Source: Camelus ferus (Eukaryota). Taken from it: a DNA stretch of 64,000 bases. Under the pieces are notes generated by a model. The model ran no database searches and was not told the origin of the DNA. It saw nothing but the letters and a program-made list of their open reading frames with translations. This document shows, in pieces, positions 62,765-64,000 of this stretch. How positions within the stretch are numbered: position 1 is the stretch's first letter; the number at the start of each line of letters is the position of its first letter. The DNA lies in contig NC_045696.1 of assembly GCF_009834535.1 (NCBI RefSeq), positions 54,562,001-54,626,000 on the forward strand, written 5' to 3'. A program made the translations under genes and the position numbers.

Positions 62765-62972
62765 ATGGAAATAAGTACATACCTATCAATAATTACTTTA
62801 AATGTCAATGGAATAAGTGCTTCCATCAAAAGGCCCAGGGCGACTGATTGTATTCAAAAACAATACTCATCTACTGCCTACAAGAGACTTACTTCAGAGC
62901 TAAAGGCAGTGAGAGGATGAAACTGAGAGGATGGGAAAAGGCATTTCATGCAAACAGAAATGACGAGAAAGC
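62765..62972 (+). pseudogene. Disrupted N-terminus of L1 ORF2 (APE-like endonuclease)
   Basis: MEISTYLSIITLNVNGISASIKR...(frameshift)...CLQETYF...GWEKAFHAN contains the TLNVNG and LQET endonuclease motifs. Homology ends abruptly at ~62972. Confidence 0.88.
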
Positions 62973-63799
62973 CTTGCAGATGTTATCTGTTTTTTGAGAT
63001 TATGGGAATCATTACTAATAATTTCTTTCTGCTTCCCTATGTTTTCTAAATATTAATATATTTTTAAATAACTTGACTCAGATATGTAATAGAAAAGAAA
63101 TTTCAAAACAGCAAAAGCACTTCAGTTAAGGTGGATGGTGGGGTTGTACCTGATGTAAATGTTAAGAGGGTGGCTGCAGCAAAGGGTATAATGGACAGGG
63201 GAGGACTTGGAAATTTAGTTGGACAGCTGAAGCATGGACATATTTTTGAAAACCTTGAAAATCTGATTGAACCATTGATATTCTTGAATTGAACAGTGGT
63301 TTGCTGAATGCAAAGCTCTCCTTAGGTTAATATACAGCAGTAGAGCAGACAGACTGGGTTGAGTGATGGAGTGGAGGTATAGAAAAGAATTATTAATTCA
63401 ATCTACTAAATGCTTCTGGGAATGAAGTGACAATCAGAAACATTCTGAATTCTTCCTCTTGACAAAAGACATACCAGAGTATCTGCACAAATTCCCAAAG
63501 GAGAGTTCTGGAGAGATTTAATCAAGAACCAGTCAAGACGGTACAACCATGAAAGGGTGTCATCTGTAAGGAAAATTTAGGTTTTCCCTCTAATTTACAT
63601 TCGTCTGGTACAATATCTGATGATCAGAGTTCTTCTCCATTCTGTAATGTTACTCCAGTTGTTTCCGATCCTGCATGTTTCTCTAAGACAACAAGTATGC
63701 TTTTCTCTACTTAAGACACATTTCCAGTTTTTTATCTCTACCTGTCTAGACTTGGAATGTCTTTAAGACCTCATCTAATTAGTTTGCAGATTTCAGACA

Positions 63800-63970
63800 T
63801 ATGTGATTTAAGGCATGGTTCACTCTTCACTTATTAAATGACCTCAAGCATATTATTTAGTCTCAGTTTCTCTTTAAGTAAGATGGAAATAGTTCTACCA
63901 TTTTTACAGGTAATCATAAGGATTAAACTAAATGACATTATGGGATGTATCTGATACATACTAGGGGCAT
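63800..63970 (+). mobile_element. MIR fragment
   Basis: tgacctcaagcatatt...tctcagtttctctttaagtaagatggaaatag...aaggattaaactaaatga. Confidence 0.7.
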
Positions 63971-64000
63971 GTATTTTTTTTTTCCTTCATCCCTCATTCC

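Larger units (their letters stand above)
59925..62972 (+). mobile_element. L1 retrotransposon 5' portion (5'UTR, degenerate ORF1, inter-ORF region, start of ORF2), 3'-truncated
   Basis: 5' start tcaagatggcagaata; GC-richer 5'UTR ~59925-61250; ORF1 and ORF2 motifs as listed in the separate entries. Confidence 0.9.

Noticed and set aside
1..64000. CRISPR arrays, operons or other prokaryote-type systems; CpG island promoter
   Set aside because: The sequence is mammalian repeat-rich non-coding DNA. I saw no repeat-spacer array, gene cluster or CpG island.

Overview
This is AT-rich, CpG-depleted mammalian non-coding DNA, either deep intronic or intergenic. It is very probably camelid (camel, alpaca or llama), based on a Vic-1-type tRNA-derived SINE with intact target-site duplications at 10295-10432 and artiodactyl/camelid-type L1 3' ends. 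I found no protein-coding exon, RNA gene or processed pseudogene that I can recognise. The supplied ORFs look like chance ORFs or translations of repeats. The window is mostly layered transposon fossils: MIR, L2, L1 3' ends, MaLR/ERVL LTRs, hAT MITEs, and a 5'-intact, 3'-truncated L1 at about 59925-62972 with degenerate ORF1 and the start of ORF2. The clearest unexplained structure is an inverted duplication with ~200 bp arms (41424-41624 and 41766-41967) that would fold into a long hairpin. Other leads are a CACGTG E-box cluster (5.9-7.3 kb), a CTCF-like site at 30127-30145, CpG-retaining unique patches and some candidate non-coding exons. I cannot support a claim of a novel biological system. 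Repeat subfamily names come from remembered consensus sequences and boundaries are approximate.
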